A stretch of DNA of 64,000 nt, taken from Candidatus Caldilinea saccharophila. GTDB lineage: Bacteria; Chloroflexota; Anaerolineae; Caldilineales; Caldilineaceae. How positions within the stretch are numbered: position 1 is the first letter of the stretch; each line of letters opens with the position of its first letter. A model generated the notes under the pieces. That model saw nothing but the letters and a program-made list of their open reading frames with translations. It was not told where the DNA came from and searched no databases. Position numbers and translations under genes: made by a program. The stretch lies in the NCBI GenBank assembly GCA_016710365.1, contig JADJVW010000029.1:18962-82961 (forward strand), read 5' to 3'. Positions 45,439-55,652 of this stretch are shown piece after piece.

Positions 45439-46022
45439 ATGGCTTCAAAACACACACCTCTTATCAAGCGCATAAGCGTTGCCATTGTCACGTCGCTATT
45501 GGCGTTGAGTTTGGCCGCGTGTGGCGGCAACGCCGAACCGACGCCCACGCCCGCGCCTACTGCCACACCCACACCTGCACCGACGCCCACGCCGACCCCT
45601 GCACCCGCGACTGTTGCTGGGGCAGACGCAGCCGTAGCCTGGGCGATGGCGTCGAAATCGTGACAACCGAGCAACAGATCAACGATATGCTGCAACAGAC
45701 GCTCGCCGAACAACAAGATCTGCCCATTTCCGATGTCACTGTGCGCCTCGACCCTGGTGTGATCGTGGGCAATGGCAAGCTGGCGCTTGGCTTTTTCAAC
45801 GCCGCTGTCCAGCTCTCGTTGCGGTTGGACGCGGTCGACGGCAAGGTTGTGCCGGCGGATATAAAGATTCTGCTCGATGGCAAACCTGTGCCGGCTATGC
45901 TACAGAGCCAGGTTGATGCCATGACCGCGCCGCTGATCGAAGAGGCCAGCAGCGTGGATTACGGATTTTATGTCGAATCCATCGAGATCACGGATGAGGA
46001 AATACGCATCGTAGGTAAATAG
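45439..46022 (+). CDS. Lipoprotein with Pro-Thr linker, frameshift near 45620
   Basis: SD GGAGA, LAAC lipobox, PTPTP repeats, then a beta-rich domain in ORF 45414-46022. Confidence 0.65.
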
Positions 46023-46072
46023 CTTTCCATGGCATGGGATGGCTGGCGCTCAGCCACGCTACACAATTGCTA

Positions 46073-46423
46073 AGAAACCGACTTGAAAAGTCTACCGTTT
46101 TGACGCAGAGGCGCGGAGATGCAGAACAGCGCAGAGGAATGCTTGCCGAAGTTGCCTTTGCTTCCTCTGCGAACCGCTGCCACCCTGCGCCTCTGCGTCG
46201 GATTTGCCCCTTTTCAAACAGTGTTCATGCCCCTGCGAGGCGCAATCGAACATGAAAATGCCTTGGCGTCCCTGCTTTTTTGCGCCTTTGCGTTCAAAAA
46301 CTATTGTCAAGTCAGCTTCTACTGACCGCTAGGTTAAGTATTTTTGCGGAACATCTTCCCGGAAGTTTTGGAGCTTCCGGGAAGATTGCAGACCAGCATC
46401 AATTTATTATCTAACCATCAGTA
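46073..46423. repeat. Composite cluster of nested palindromic elements
   Basis: GACGCAGAGGCGC..GCGCCTCTGCGTC 9-nt-periodic hairpin (46102-46199), half element 46261-46299, ATCTTCCCGGAAG..CTTCCGGGAAGAT (46353-46386), outer IRs AGAAACCGACTTGA/TCAAGTCAGCTTCT. Confidence 0.7.
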
Positions 46424-46587
46424 AAAATTTCTTTGGGGCGCATAGGCAGAGACATAGCGGCAGAATCTTGCTGGTTTTCTTTGTCTATGCGCACCGCCGC
46501 GCCAAGGTATGCCGCCAAAATATGCCGCGTCAAGATATGCAGCAGGGGCATGGCCTTGCCCCTGCTCTGGACCGCAAGGGTGCGCCC

Positions 46588-47400
46588 CTACCACGCACCA
46601 TGATCGGAGCGTCTATCGCTGTGCCGCGGGACAGCGCACAGGAGGTCGGGCCGGTCGGTCGTGACAGCCGTCACACCCAAATTGGCAAAGGTGGTGAACT
46701 CTTCGACCGTATTGATCACCCACGTGGGTGAGAATGCCGCGGCTCTGTAATATATCAGCTAACGACTGTGTGAGATAGGCCCTGTTAACCGCCACCCAAT
46801 CGATGCCCCGGGCAGCGAGGTCATCGGCCACTCGCCCACAGTCGTCGAATCCGGGTTGATTGAAATAGGGCGCCGACACAATGGCGTGACGACGAATATG
46901 GGGTGCGAGCTGGCGGAGCCGTTCTAAAATTTCAAAGTTAAATGAAGAGAAAATAGTACGCTTTTCAACAGATGCATCCTGAACCGTGCGAGCCACGATT
47001 TCTTCCAGACCCGCATAAAGTGAGCCATCCTGATGAGTTTTGAGCTCGACGCAAAGAAGCGTAGGCGCCGGCGCCCACGCGAGAACTTCTTGAAGCGCAG
47101 GGACATTCTGAAATGGCGCCGCACTTGCTGAAGGGCCGGCGCGATAAACTGCGGCTGCATCTAGCTTGCGTAACTCGGCAAAAGTCATCTCATGGACGAA
47201 TCGCCCACCCCTGTTGTGCGCAGCAGATTTGCATCATGCAGCACAACAGGGACGCCGTCGCGACAAAGATGGACGTCAAATTCAATGCCATCCACCCCTT
47301 GCGCTAAAGCAAAAGCGTAGGCAGCCGCGGTGTTCTCGGGCATGACGCCTACCGCGCCGCGATGTCCAATGATGAACGGCTGGATGAATTGCGCGCACAT
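46588..47400 (-). CDS. Glycerophosphodiester phosphodiesterase family protein, frameshifts near 47190 and 46720
   Basis: IIGHRGA, PENT, GIEFDVH, VVLHD, VELK, SSFN, TTDRPD. Confidence 0.88.
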
Positions 47401-47593
47401 AAACCGAACCTTTCTAAAATGTAGAGAGTGGAAGTGCAGGAGGGTTCTCCATTCCAGCTTATTTGCCGACAACATCATTCCCTTGCATACTAGCATACTA
47501 TACGACCACTGACCGGCAGCGATGAAACCGTTAATAAAACGACAGGGCAAGACAACAACACGCCACCCCCACCACCCACAAGGGAGATGATCC

Positions 47594-50500
47594 ATGTGCA
47601 AGCGTCTGTTTGGCTCCATAATTCTGTTGATCCTTTTTCTGCTGCCCACATCGGTCGCCCTGGCGCAGGCGCCCGCGCCCGACGACGGAACGATCTATCT
47701 GCAGGCAGGCGCCTTCGACCCTTTGTCGCAGCCAGCGGTGGCGACAGCCGGCGTCGATGCGCCGCCTTCGCCCTACTATCTGGTGCAGTTTACCGGCCCG
47801 GTCGAAGAAATGTGGCTCGAACAGGTGGCGGCGCTCGGCGGCGCGGTGGTGGGTTATGTGCCCAATGACACGCATATCGTGCGCATGACGCCCGCCACCA
47901 TGGCCGCAGTGCGGAGTCTGCCAAGCGTGCGCTGGGTCGGCCCGTTCCAGCCAGCGTACAAGGTTGCGCCTGAATTGACCGAGGCATCCCTTGCCGTGGG
48001 CGCGGCCGCCAGCGACCCGCTCGAATTGACCGTGATTGCGTTTCCCGGTGAATCACCGGCTGCTCTGGACGCATTTCTCACCGCACAGGGCGCTGTCATT
48101 GTGGAGGCGGCCAACACGCCGATTGGACCTGTGCTGCGCGTACAGGCATCGCTTGCGATGCTGCCGGCATTGTCGCAGCACCCAGCCGTCAGTTGGGTCG
48201 AGCGCTACATTCAACCGACCATCACCAACGACCAAGGGCGCAAGCTGATGGGCGCGGAGGCGGTGTGGGAGTCGTTTGGCTACTATGGCGCCGGCCAGAT
48301 CGTGGCAATCTCCGACTCTGGCCTGAGCGTGCAGGGTGCGCTGAGCGGCGACTTTGCCGGGCGGCTGGTGCGTGCGTTTGCGCCCAGCGAAATGAACCTC
48401 GCCAGCGCCGCGTGCACTGCCAAAACCACCTACACCGACCTCAACGGCCACGGCACGCATGTGGCCGGTTCTGTGCTGGGGAACGGTGCGCGCTCCGGCA
48501 GCAATGCGGCCGGCCATGCCTACACCAGTTCGCACGCCGGAACCGCGCCGGAGGCCAGCCTGGTCTTCATGGCGCTCAACACTGACGGCAGCGGCGGCAT
48601 TCAGTGTATCGATCTCAACGGTGACTTTATCGCCAAAGGCTATCAGGAGGGCGCGCGCGTCTCCAGCAACAGTTGGGGAGCCAGCAATGGCGGCGCCTAC
48701 AGCCAGCTTTCCAGCCTGGTCGATGATTACATCTGGCGTCACAAGGATTACCTCGTACTTTTTGCCGCGGGCAACTCCGGCCCTGGCGCACAGACCATCG
48801 GCGCGCCCGCCACGGCCAAAAATGTGCTGACCATCGGCGCCAGCGAGAACAACCGTCCCGACATTGATGACATGGCCGACGACCCGAACAGCATGGCGAG
48901 TTTCTCCAGCCGCGGCCCAACAGCCGACGGCCGCATCAAACCGGAAGTGGTGGCGCCGGGCACGTGGGTGCTGTCGGTGCGCGCTGCGCAGGCGCCCGAT
49001 GGCAGTTTCTGGGGCAATTTCAATCAGGACTACGCTTTCATGGGCGGCACGTCGATGGCGACGCCGCTGGCAGCCGGCGGCGCGGCCATCGTGCGCGAAT
49101 GGCTGAACAAAGCGCGCGGGCTGGCGACCCCGTCGGCGGCGCTGCTCAAGGCATTGATCGTCAACGGCGCAACGCAGCTTGCCGGCGAAGGTCTCGCCAG
49201 CAACAACAGCGGCTACGGCCGCATCGATCTAAAGAACACCCTGAACGCCAACTATGGCATCATGGACGATCACGTCCAGGGACTACAGACCAACGATGTC
49301 GTCACCTACACCGTGCAGATCGTCGCCGCGGGTGGGCAGGGGCTGTTAATCGCGCAAGGCGGGCCGGCGCAGGCTGCATCCGCGTCCGGCGCGCTGCAGA
49401 TGACCGCGGAGACGCCGCTGGTGGCGGCTTCCGTTGCCATCACGACGCCCGACGAGTTGCGCGGGGAAGCGCTGCCCGGCTTTGACCAGGCGCGGCCGCT
49501 CACGCGCATCCCGGACGCTGACAACAACGGCAAGACCAATCTGACGCCGCTCCCCAATGTCGCGCCCACGCCCGGCGGCGGTCAGCCGTGGCAAGCCGAG
49601 CCGGCAACTACAGACAGATTCCGGCCGGGTGGCGGCAACCAGGGACTTTCCCTGCAAAATTTCCAGCAACACATGGTCGGCGGCGGTGATTTTGAAGACC
49701 CCGAATGGACCGACATCTGGAGTGAAATCTGGCTGGGCGGTGGCATACCGGTGCGCACCAGCAATCCCAATTTCGTCGTTTCAGACAATTACTCGATGTG
49801 GCTGGGCGGCACGCCGGTGAACGACGCGCTGTTCTACCCTGTTCAATTTCCCGACACGATCGACAGCGTCCTGGCCAGCGGCATTGCCTTCAACGTGCGC
49901 GTCGTCGATGAGGATATTGGCTTCGACAATTTCTGTGTCGCCCTAATCGACGCTTCGGGCTACTTCCTCGGCCCCTATGCACCCAACAATCCGGACTGCT
50001 TCGACCAGAACGGCTCGTGGAAGTACGAGCGGATCTTCGATGCCACCGACCTCGCCGCGCTCGCCGGTGAGACAGCCTACCTCGTTGTCTTCACCGATGG
50101 CGACGGCGTTTTGCCTCACATGTCCGCCTTTGTCGACGACATCGTTCTCGTTGTCGACTTCCCCACGCCGACCGCGGCGATCACGCCGGCTGTTGGGCCA
50201 CCGGGCACGACCTTCCTGTTGACGGGCAAGTACAACGTTCCCTATGGCTGGGTCGATATCTGCATCAGCCCGTGCACCATCGACGACAACTACATCACGA
50301 CCGTCTATGCCGACGCCGCGGGCAGCATCGCCGCGTTCTTGTACAGCTCAACCAGCATCGCACCCGGCCCGTATGCGATTCAGACCTCGAATCTCGCCGG
50401 CCGCACGGCCGAGAGCATCTTGACCATTTCAGGCGCCGCGCAGCCGACGTTGGCGGTGGCGCCCGCGTCCGGGGCGGCGGGGACGAGCTTCAGCTTCTCC

Positions 50501-51622
50501 GGCAGCAACTTCCTGCCTGGCGACCAGGCCATCGCGGTCACCGTCAACGGCGAGTCGGCGGGCAGCGTGGGCAGCAACAACGCCGGCGCAATCACATTTT
50601 CGCTCGACACCGCCACCAACACGCCGGCGGGCAGCTACACGGTGCGGGCGACGGATAGCGCCGGACGCAGCGCCGCCGCCACCTTTGCCGTCACTGCTGT
50701 GGCGGTGGGCGAGCCAAAGCTCACGGTGACGCCAGCCTCCGGGCCGCCCAGCACGACCTTTACCTTTGTCGCCAGCAACTTCACGGCCAGCAGCCCGGCT
50801 ACGGTATCGCTCGACGGGCAGGCGCTGGGCCAGGTGAACATCGATGCCGCAGGCATGGTGACGCTCACGTTGGAGACGCGCAGCGACACCGCGCCTGCCA
50901 AATACACTCTCACGGTCGCGCAGGGGGCGAAGAACGCAGCGGCCCAGTATGAAGTGACGGCCGGCGGGGGCGCGCCCGTCAGCGGCGCCGGGCTTTATGT
51001 AACGCTGGCATGGAGTGACCCGCCCGCGCAGACCGCGGCCAGCCAGACGCTGGTCAACGATCTCGATCTCTTTGTGGACGGGCCAGGTGGCCGTGTCTTT
51101 GCCAATGGCGGCAATGCCGCGGATCGCAAGAACAACGTGGAGGCCGTGCGCATCGAAACTCCGGCCGCCGGAACATATATCATTACAGTGCGGGCACAAC
51201 GTGTGAACGCTTCGTTTGGCACGCAGCCGTTTGCGCTGGTCGCCACCAGCAAACAGAACTTCGGCGCCGGGCAGAACAGCGTCGAGTTGGGGCAAACCAA
51301 TGCGGGCGCGCTCAGCGGCGTGTTCTTCGCCGATGTCAACCGCAACGGCGTGCGCGATGCCGGCGAACCTGGGATCGCCGGTGCGTCGGTCGTCGTCCGG
51401 CAAACAAGCGGCGCCCTGAGCCGTCAGACCACGACCAACGCCAGCGGCGTCTATCAGGCCGCCAACCTGCCCGCGGGCGACTACTCGATCACGGTGCTGC
51501 CGCCACCCGGCTACACGTTGACGACCGCGGCGACGGCCAGCAAGAGCGTCGTCGCCGGCGACAACAGCGCCCCCGCCATCGGCGCCGTGTTAACGTTGCA
51601 TCTGCCGGCGGTGCGCCGATGA
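47594..51622 (+). CDS. Secreted S8 (subtilisin, Kp43-like) serine protease with Ig-like repeats and SdrD-B domain
   Basis: SDSG, NGHGTHVAG, FAAGN, GTSMATP; LAWSD..LVNDLDL..NNVE; FADVNRNGVRDAGEPGI; C-terminal LHLPAVRR. Confidence 0.93.
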   Translation: MCKRLFGSIILLILFLLPTSVALAQAPAPDDGTIYLQAGAFDPLSQPAVATAGVDAPPSPYYLVQFTGPVEEMWLEQVAALGGAVVGYVPNDTHIVRMTPATMAAVRSLPSVRWVGPFQPAYKVAPELTEASLAVGAAASDPLELTVIAFPGESPAALDAFLTAQGAVIVEAANTPIGPVLRVQASLAMLPALSQHPAVSWVERYIQPTITNDQGRKLMGAEAVWESFGYYGAGQIVAISDSGLSVQGALSGDFAGRLVRAFAPSEMNLASAACTAKTTYTDLNGHGTHVAGSVLGNGARSGSNAAGHAYTSSHAGTAPEASLVFMALNTDGSGGIQCIDLNGDFIAKGYQEGARVSSNSWGASNGGAYSQLSSLVDDYIWRHKDYLVLFAAGNSGPGAQTIGAPATAKNVLTIGASENNRPDIDDMADDPNSMASFSSRGPTADGRIKPEVVAPGTWVLSVRAAQAPDGSFWGNFNQDYAFMGGTSMATPLAAGGAAIVREWLNKARGLATPSAALLKALIVNGATQLAGEGLASNNSGYGRIDLKNTLNANYGIMDDHVQGLQTNDVVTYTVQIVAAGGQGLLIAQGGPAQAASASGALQMTAETPLVAASVAITTPDELRGEALPGFDQARPLTRIPDADNNGKTNLTPLPNVAPTPGGGQPWQAEPATTDRFRPGGGNQGLSLQNFQQHMVGGGDFEDPEWTDIWSEIWLGGGIPVRTSNPNFVVSDNYSMWLGGTPVNDALFYPVQFPDTIDSVLASGIAFNVRVVDEDIGFDNFCVALIDASGYFLGPYAPNNPDCFDQNGSWKYERIFDATDLAALAGETAYLVVFTDGDGVLPHMSAFVDDIVLVVDFPTPTAAITPAVGPPGTTFLLTGKYNVPYGWVDICISPCTIDDNYITTVYADAAGSIAAFLYSSTSIAPGPYAIQTSNLAGRTAESILTISGAAQPTLAVAPASGAAGTSFSFSGSNFLPGDQAIAVTVNGESAGSVGSNNAGAITFSLDTATNTPAGSYTVRATDSAGRSAAATFAVTAVAVGEPKLTVTPASGPPSTTFTFVASNFTASSPATVSLDGQALGQVNIDAAGMVTLTLETRSDTAPAKYTLTVAQGAKNAAAQYEVTAGGGAPVSGAGLYVTLAWSDPPAQTAASQTLVNDLDLFVDGPGGRVFANGGNAADRKNNVEAVRIETPAAGTYIITVRAQRVNASFGTQPFALVATSKQNFGAGQNSVELGQTNAGALSGVFFADVNRNGVRDAGEPGIAGASVVVRQTSGALSRQTTTNASGVYQAANLPAGDYSITVLPPPGYTLTTAATASKSVVAGDNSAPAIGAVLTLHLPAVRR

Positions 51623-52780
51623 CGCACACAACAGATGTCCTGATCATCGGCGGTGGGGTGCAGGGCGCGAGCCTGGCCTTTGCCCTGGCGCAGCGTGGCG
51701 TGCAGGTGACGGTGCTGGAGAAGAGCTTTGTGGGCGCGGGCGCCACCGGGCGCTCCAGCGGGCTGGTGCGCATGCATTACGACACCGAGGTGGCCGCGCG
51801 GCTGGCGTGGGCGTCGTTCCACTATTTCCGCAACTGGCAGGAGATGGTGGGCGGCGAGTGCGGCTTCACACGCACCGGTTTCTTGCAGATTGGAGGCGTG
51901 GAGCGGGAGGAAGCGCTCAAGGCCAATGTCGCCATGCATCAGCGCATCGGCATTGCCACCTTCCTGATTACGGCAGACGACGTGAAGCGGCTGGCGCCTT
52001 CCTTTGCCACCGACGACTTCACTCTGGCCGCGTACGAGCCGGAATCCGGCTACGCCATGCCCAGCGACACAGCGAACGCCTTGATGACCGCCGCGCGCGG
52101 CCGTGGCGCCCGGCTGGTGCAAAGCTGCACAGTCAGCGCCATCCACGTCACAGGCGGCAAGGTCAGGGGCGTCAGCAGCAATCAGGGCGAGTTTGCTGCG
52201 CCCGTGGTGGTCAACGCCGCGGGCGCATGGGCGCAGCCGGTCAATCAGATGGTTGGTCTGGACCTCCCGCTGACGACCTGGCGCCACGACACCATGTTCG
52301 TCGTGCGTCCGCCGGAAATCGGCCAGCCGCACCCGACCGTCATCGACTATGCGAACGAGATGTATTTCCGTCCCGAAGGTGGCTTGACGCTCGTCGGGTT
52401 GGAGGATGGCAATCCCTTGGGTGAAGCGCCAGAGGGCGGCGCCGGCCACGCGCTGCCGGGCTTCGTCCAGCCCGCCATCGCGCGCATCTCTCGCCGCATT
52501 CCAGCCATGGAGCTCGGCCATCTCCAGAGCCCTCACGGCGGCTACGACGGCATCACACCCGACCAACATCCTATGCTACTGGCGTGAAGGCCGGAGGGCT
52601 TCTACCTGGATTGCGGACACAGCGGCACAGGCTTCCAAGACCGCGCCAGCGATCGGCCTGTGCATGGCGGAGTTGATCCTGGACGGCGTTGCGCGCACGG
52701 TCGATATTTCGCCGTATGCGCCGGATCGGTTTACGGAGGGGAAGCTCATCAAGGGGAACTACGAGAACATCTGGCGCTAG
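51619..52780 (+). CDS. FAD-dependent oxidoreductase (sarcosine oxidase/DAO family), frameshifts near 52580-52640
   Basis: IIGGGVQG, GATGRSSG, VVNAAGAWA, GYDGITPD, HSGTGF, APAIG. Confidence 0.9.
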
Positions 52781-53691
52781 CGCGGGGGATCGATCTCCTG
52801 GTACATGACGCCATCCCACGTAAAGCGTCGCGGCTCCACAAACTGCCCGGCTGCATCCACCTGCCAGAGCGTGTACGCAGCCGGGCACAGCCTCGGTGCG
52901 GCGTCGCCAACCGTCAGTGCGCGGCGCTGCGTCGCAAATTCGTACATTATGGACACAGTCGCCTGGTAAATCCCGGGCGCGGCGCAGGGAAGCGCCAGAC
53001 TGAAGCGCTCGAAATCGCCTTCCGCCAAGGCAAAATAATCACCGGCGGGTGAAACTACGGTTTGAGTGTACGTGGGAAGAGCGAGCCGCAGCGGCGCGTC
53101 CGGCGCAAGTCGCTGCACCCAGCCCGACGCACAACCCAGCACCGGTTCCAGAGTGACGGCGTGCACATGCTCCTGCGGCATGGCTGCCGCCGTGACCGTC
53201 ACCACGGCCCGGTTGCTCAAGATCGCCTGCTGTGCGCCGGGCGTCCGGTTGGTGACTTGGAAAGCAAACAATGGGCTGTCCACAGTGGGCCAGGCTGGGA
53301 CGTCGGCGCCGGCCAACGCGCGGCGCAACGCCTCCGCTGCGCCCGCCGGATCGGCAGCAGGGTCCAGCGACGCGGGCAGCGCATAGCTGCGCACCGCGCA
53401 ATCGGCGGCGCGCACCAGGGTCACCTCCATTGTGACAGGACGAAAAGGCCACAGCGCGGCAAAATCGATTCCGAAAAAGCCGAGCACGCCGGTCAGGTCA
53501 GCCACGATGCCCAGGATGACGACAACCAGCAAGCCTTGCAGGAGGGTGGCCAGCGCCGGGCGACGCTGGCTATTTTGCTCAGGCGTGGGCGTGGCGTCCG
53601 GCGTCTGCGGCGGCGCCGGCGCGGCAGTCTGCGCAGCGGTCAGATCTGATGCGTCCGAGCCACGCTGGGTTTGATTTGCTTCCTCAGCCAC
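52777..53691 (-). CDS. Hypothetical membrane-anchored protein
   Basis: GTG start with SD GGAGGAG, one TM helix, coding-like composition. Confidence 0.65.
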   Translation of the reverse strand: MAEEANQTQRGSDASDLTAAQTAAPAPPQTPDATPTPEQNSQRRPALATLLQGLLVVVILGIVADLTGVLGFFGIDFAALWPFRPVTMEVTLVRAADCAVRSYALPASLDPAADPAGAAEALRRALAGADVPAWPTVDSPLFAFQVTNRTPGAQQAILSNRAVVTVTAAAMPQEHVHAVTLEPVLGCASGWVQRLAPDAPLRLALPTYTQTVVSPAGDYFALAEGDFERFSLALPCAAPGIYQATVSIMYEFATQRRALTVGDAAPRLCPAAYTLWQVDAAGQFVEPRRFTWDGVMYQEIDPPR

Positions 53692-53709
53692 GATAGCTGT
53701 TCGCTCCTC

Positions 53710-54096
53710 CTATTTTCGTTTCCGTTTTGCCGCCGCCTTTGCCAGGTTCTCCGCCACCCTGAACTTCACGATTTCGCTGACCAAGTCATAGGGGATGGGT
53801 TGATCGAGTGGGAATTGCACCGAGCCTTTGGCGCTTTTATAGGGCGATAGCGCTTGTTGGAATTTCTCAATCCCATTGGGTGTGGGATAGAAACCAATAT
53901 GTTGTTTGAAGGCGGCAAAATGCACCAGATTGCCGTGCAGCGTGAACGTAGGCATCTGGTAGTTGATGGTTTCTGTGGCGTCCGGCGCCGCGGCGCGAAT
54001 CGTCGCCCGCAGCGTTTGCAGAATTGCCTGAACCTCGGACGGGAAGCCGGCGATATATTCGTCGATGGTCTTGGGAGCGGGTTGCTCTGTGTTCAT
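53710..54096 (-). CDS. DUF1801 (YdhG-like) protein
   Basis: TIDEYIAGFP, ETINYQMPTF, HFAAFKQHIGFYP, KGSVQFPLDQPIP. Confidence 0.9.
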   Translation of the reverse strand: MNTEQPAPKTIDEYIAGFPSEVQAILQTLRATIRAAAPDATETINYQMPTFTLHGNLVHFAAFKQHIGFYPTPNGIEKFQQALSPYKSAKGSVQFPLDQPIPYDLVSEIVKFRVAENLAKAAAKRKRK

Positions 54097-54157
54097 TGTT
54101 CCTCCATCACTGCCAAACGATTTCTCTAGTACGCGGCGGCGTAATATGCCAGCAGCC

Positions 54158-54191
54158 AGAAATCGAGTTTTCTCAGAGAAACTCGATTTCT
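54158..54191. repeat. AGAAATCGAGTTT-type palindrome (copy 2)
   Basis: AGAAATCGAGTTTTCTCAGAGAAACTCGATTTCT. Confidence 0.75.
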
Positions 54192-54247
54192 TCGCCCTTA
54201 CCATCCAGCGGCTAATTATGCCCGCTGCACTAGCCATCTGTCACGCG

Positions 54248-54826
54248 TCAAAGATCGCTGCGCCATGTTTGCGGCGTATACGGCCAGTCCAGCGCTGTGC
54301 ACAGGGTTTGCCAGCGCGCGGGCATCTCCGCCGCATAGAGATAGGGAATATAGCCTAGCTTGAGATAATTCTTGATCGCGGGCAGCCGCCACTGTTCGGT
54401 GTAGAGATGCACGTTGCGATAGCCAGCGGCCAGCAGCCGTGCGGTGACGGCGGCCGAGACGGCCATGCCCAGCCCTTGACCCGTGTGCGCGGGGTCGGCC
54501 GCCACCCAGCCCAGCTCGCCGCCAAAAGGGTGCTGGTCTGAATGGTCGTGCAATCCCATCGCGGTGGCGACGATCTGGTCGCTGGCTGTGTGCACTGCCA
54601 TGAACCAACTGCCCGGCGGGATGCGCGCCATCCACGGCTTGAGCCTGGCGTCGTCCCATCCCGGCCAGCCTGCCAGCGCCATGACTGCGTAAAAGCGCGG
54701 CTCGTCTCCCGGACAATAGGTGCGCAAGTGATAGCCTTCGGCCACGCGTACGTGTGGCGGGCGATCAAGCAGCGCATCCGGCCACACCATCTGCAACTGG
54801 AGCGGCGATTCAGCGGCGTCAGCCAT
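54248..54826 (-). CDS. GNAT N-acetyltransferase
   Basis: GELGWVAADPAHTGQGLG, RLPAIKNYLKLGY. Confidence 0.87.
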   Translation of the reverse strand: MADAAESPLQLQMVWPDALLDRPPHVRVAEGYHLRTYCPGDEPRFYAVMALAGWPGWDDARLKPWMARIPPGSWFMAVHTASDQIVATAMGLHDHSDQHPFGGELGWVAADPAHTGQGLGMAVSAAVTARLLAAGYRNVHLYTEQWRLPAIKNYLKLGYIPYLYAAEMPARWQTLCTALDWPYTPQTWRSDL

Positions 54827-54829
54827 TGC

Positions 54830-55600
54830 TTATCCTTTTCTGGCTTCGATCAGATATTTGCGTGAGGTGAACAGCAGCGGCTCGCCGGCTTCTATGCGCT
54901 CTTGCAGCGCGTAAAGATAAGGAGCGTGAGAATCCACCATAAAGCCGGGCACGGTCCAGGGCACAGCCTTGAGAAAGTAGACAATGGCCCCCACGTCGGT
55001 GAAGCGCAACGCGCCCTGCCAGGTCTCCACGTTGGTGATGGTCAGGCCGGCGGCTTGCAGGCGAGGGACATATTTTTCCGGGGTGGCGTCGGGCCATTGC
55101 GGCGTGACGCCAAACGCCGCGTGGAGATCTTCAGCCCACAACCCATGCACCTGCTGCGTGAGAAAGACGCCGCCCCGCGCCAGGATGCGGGCCACCTCGG
55201 CCGGGTTGAACGCGGCGTGGCGGTTGAGCACCAGGTCGAACTCGCGGTCGGCAAAGGGCATCGGGTCGTCGTCGGTCAGCCGCACACAATGCACCTGCAC
55301 CCCCAGCGGCGCGAGGCGCTCGGTCACCAGGGTAAGGTTGGGCGGATATTCCTCGGTCACAGCAACCTTGGCCGGCCAGTAAGGGTGCAGCTCCAGAAAA
55401 CGTTCGCCGCCGCCCGTGTCCAGATCGATCACGGCGGTTGCCTGCTGCATCAAGCTGGCGGCGCGCTCAAGATAATCCCACGGCGGTTCGTCCTCGACCA
55501 TGCGCCCTGCCAGGTAGGAGAAGTCCCAACCGGCGAAAGACTGCGTCTCTTCACGCCGCCATTCCTGCAAAAGTTCAGTGCGTGTCACAGTGGTTTCCAT
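54830..55600 (-). CDS. Class I SAM-dependent methyltransferase
   Basis: FAGWDFS, IDLDTGGGE, MPFADREFDLVLNRH, GGVFLTQQV. Confidence 0.9.
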   Translation of the reverse strand: METTVTRTELLQEWRREETQSFAGWDFSYLAGRMVEDEPPWDYLERAASLMQQATAVIDLDTGGGERFLELHPYWPAKVAVTEEYPPNLTLVTERLAPLGVQVHCVRLTDDDPMPFADREFDLVLNRHAAFNPAEVARILARGGVFLTQQVHGLWAEDLHAAFGVTPQWPDATPEKYVPRLQAAGLTITNVETWQGALRFTDVGAIVYFLKAVPWTVPGFMVDSHAPYLYALQERIEAGEPLLFTSRKYLIEARKG

Positions 55601-55609
55601 TGAAAAGAA

Positions 55610-55642
55610 AGAAGCTGAGTTTTTTGAAAAAACTCAGCTTCT
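55610..55642. repeat. AGAAGCTGAGTTT-type palindrome (copy 3)
   Basis: AGAAGCTGAGTTTTTTGAAAAAACTCAGCTTCT. Confidence 0.75.
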
Positions 55643-55652
55643 GGCGACTGGC

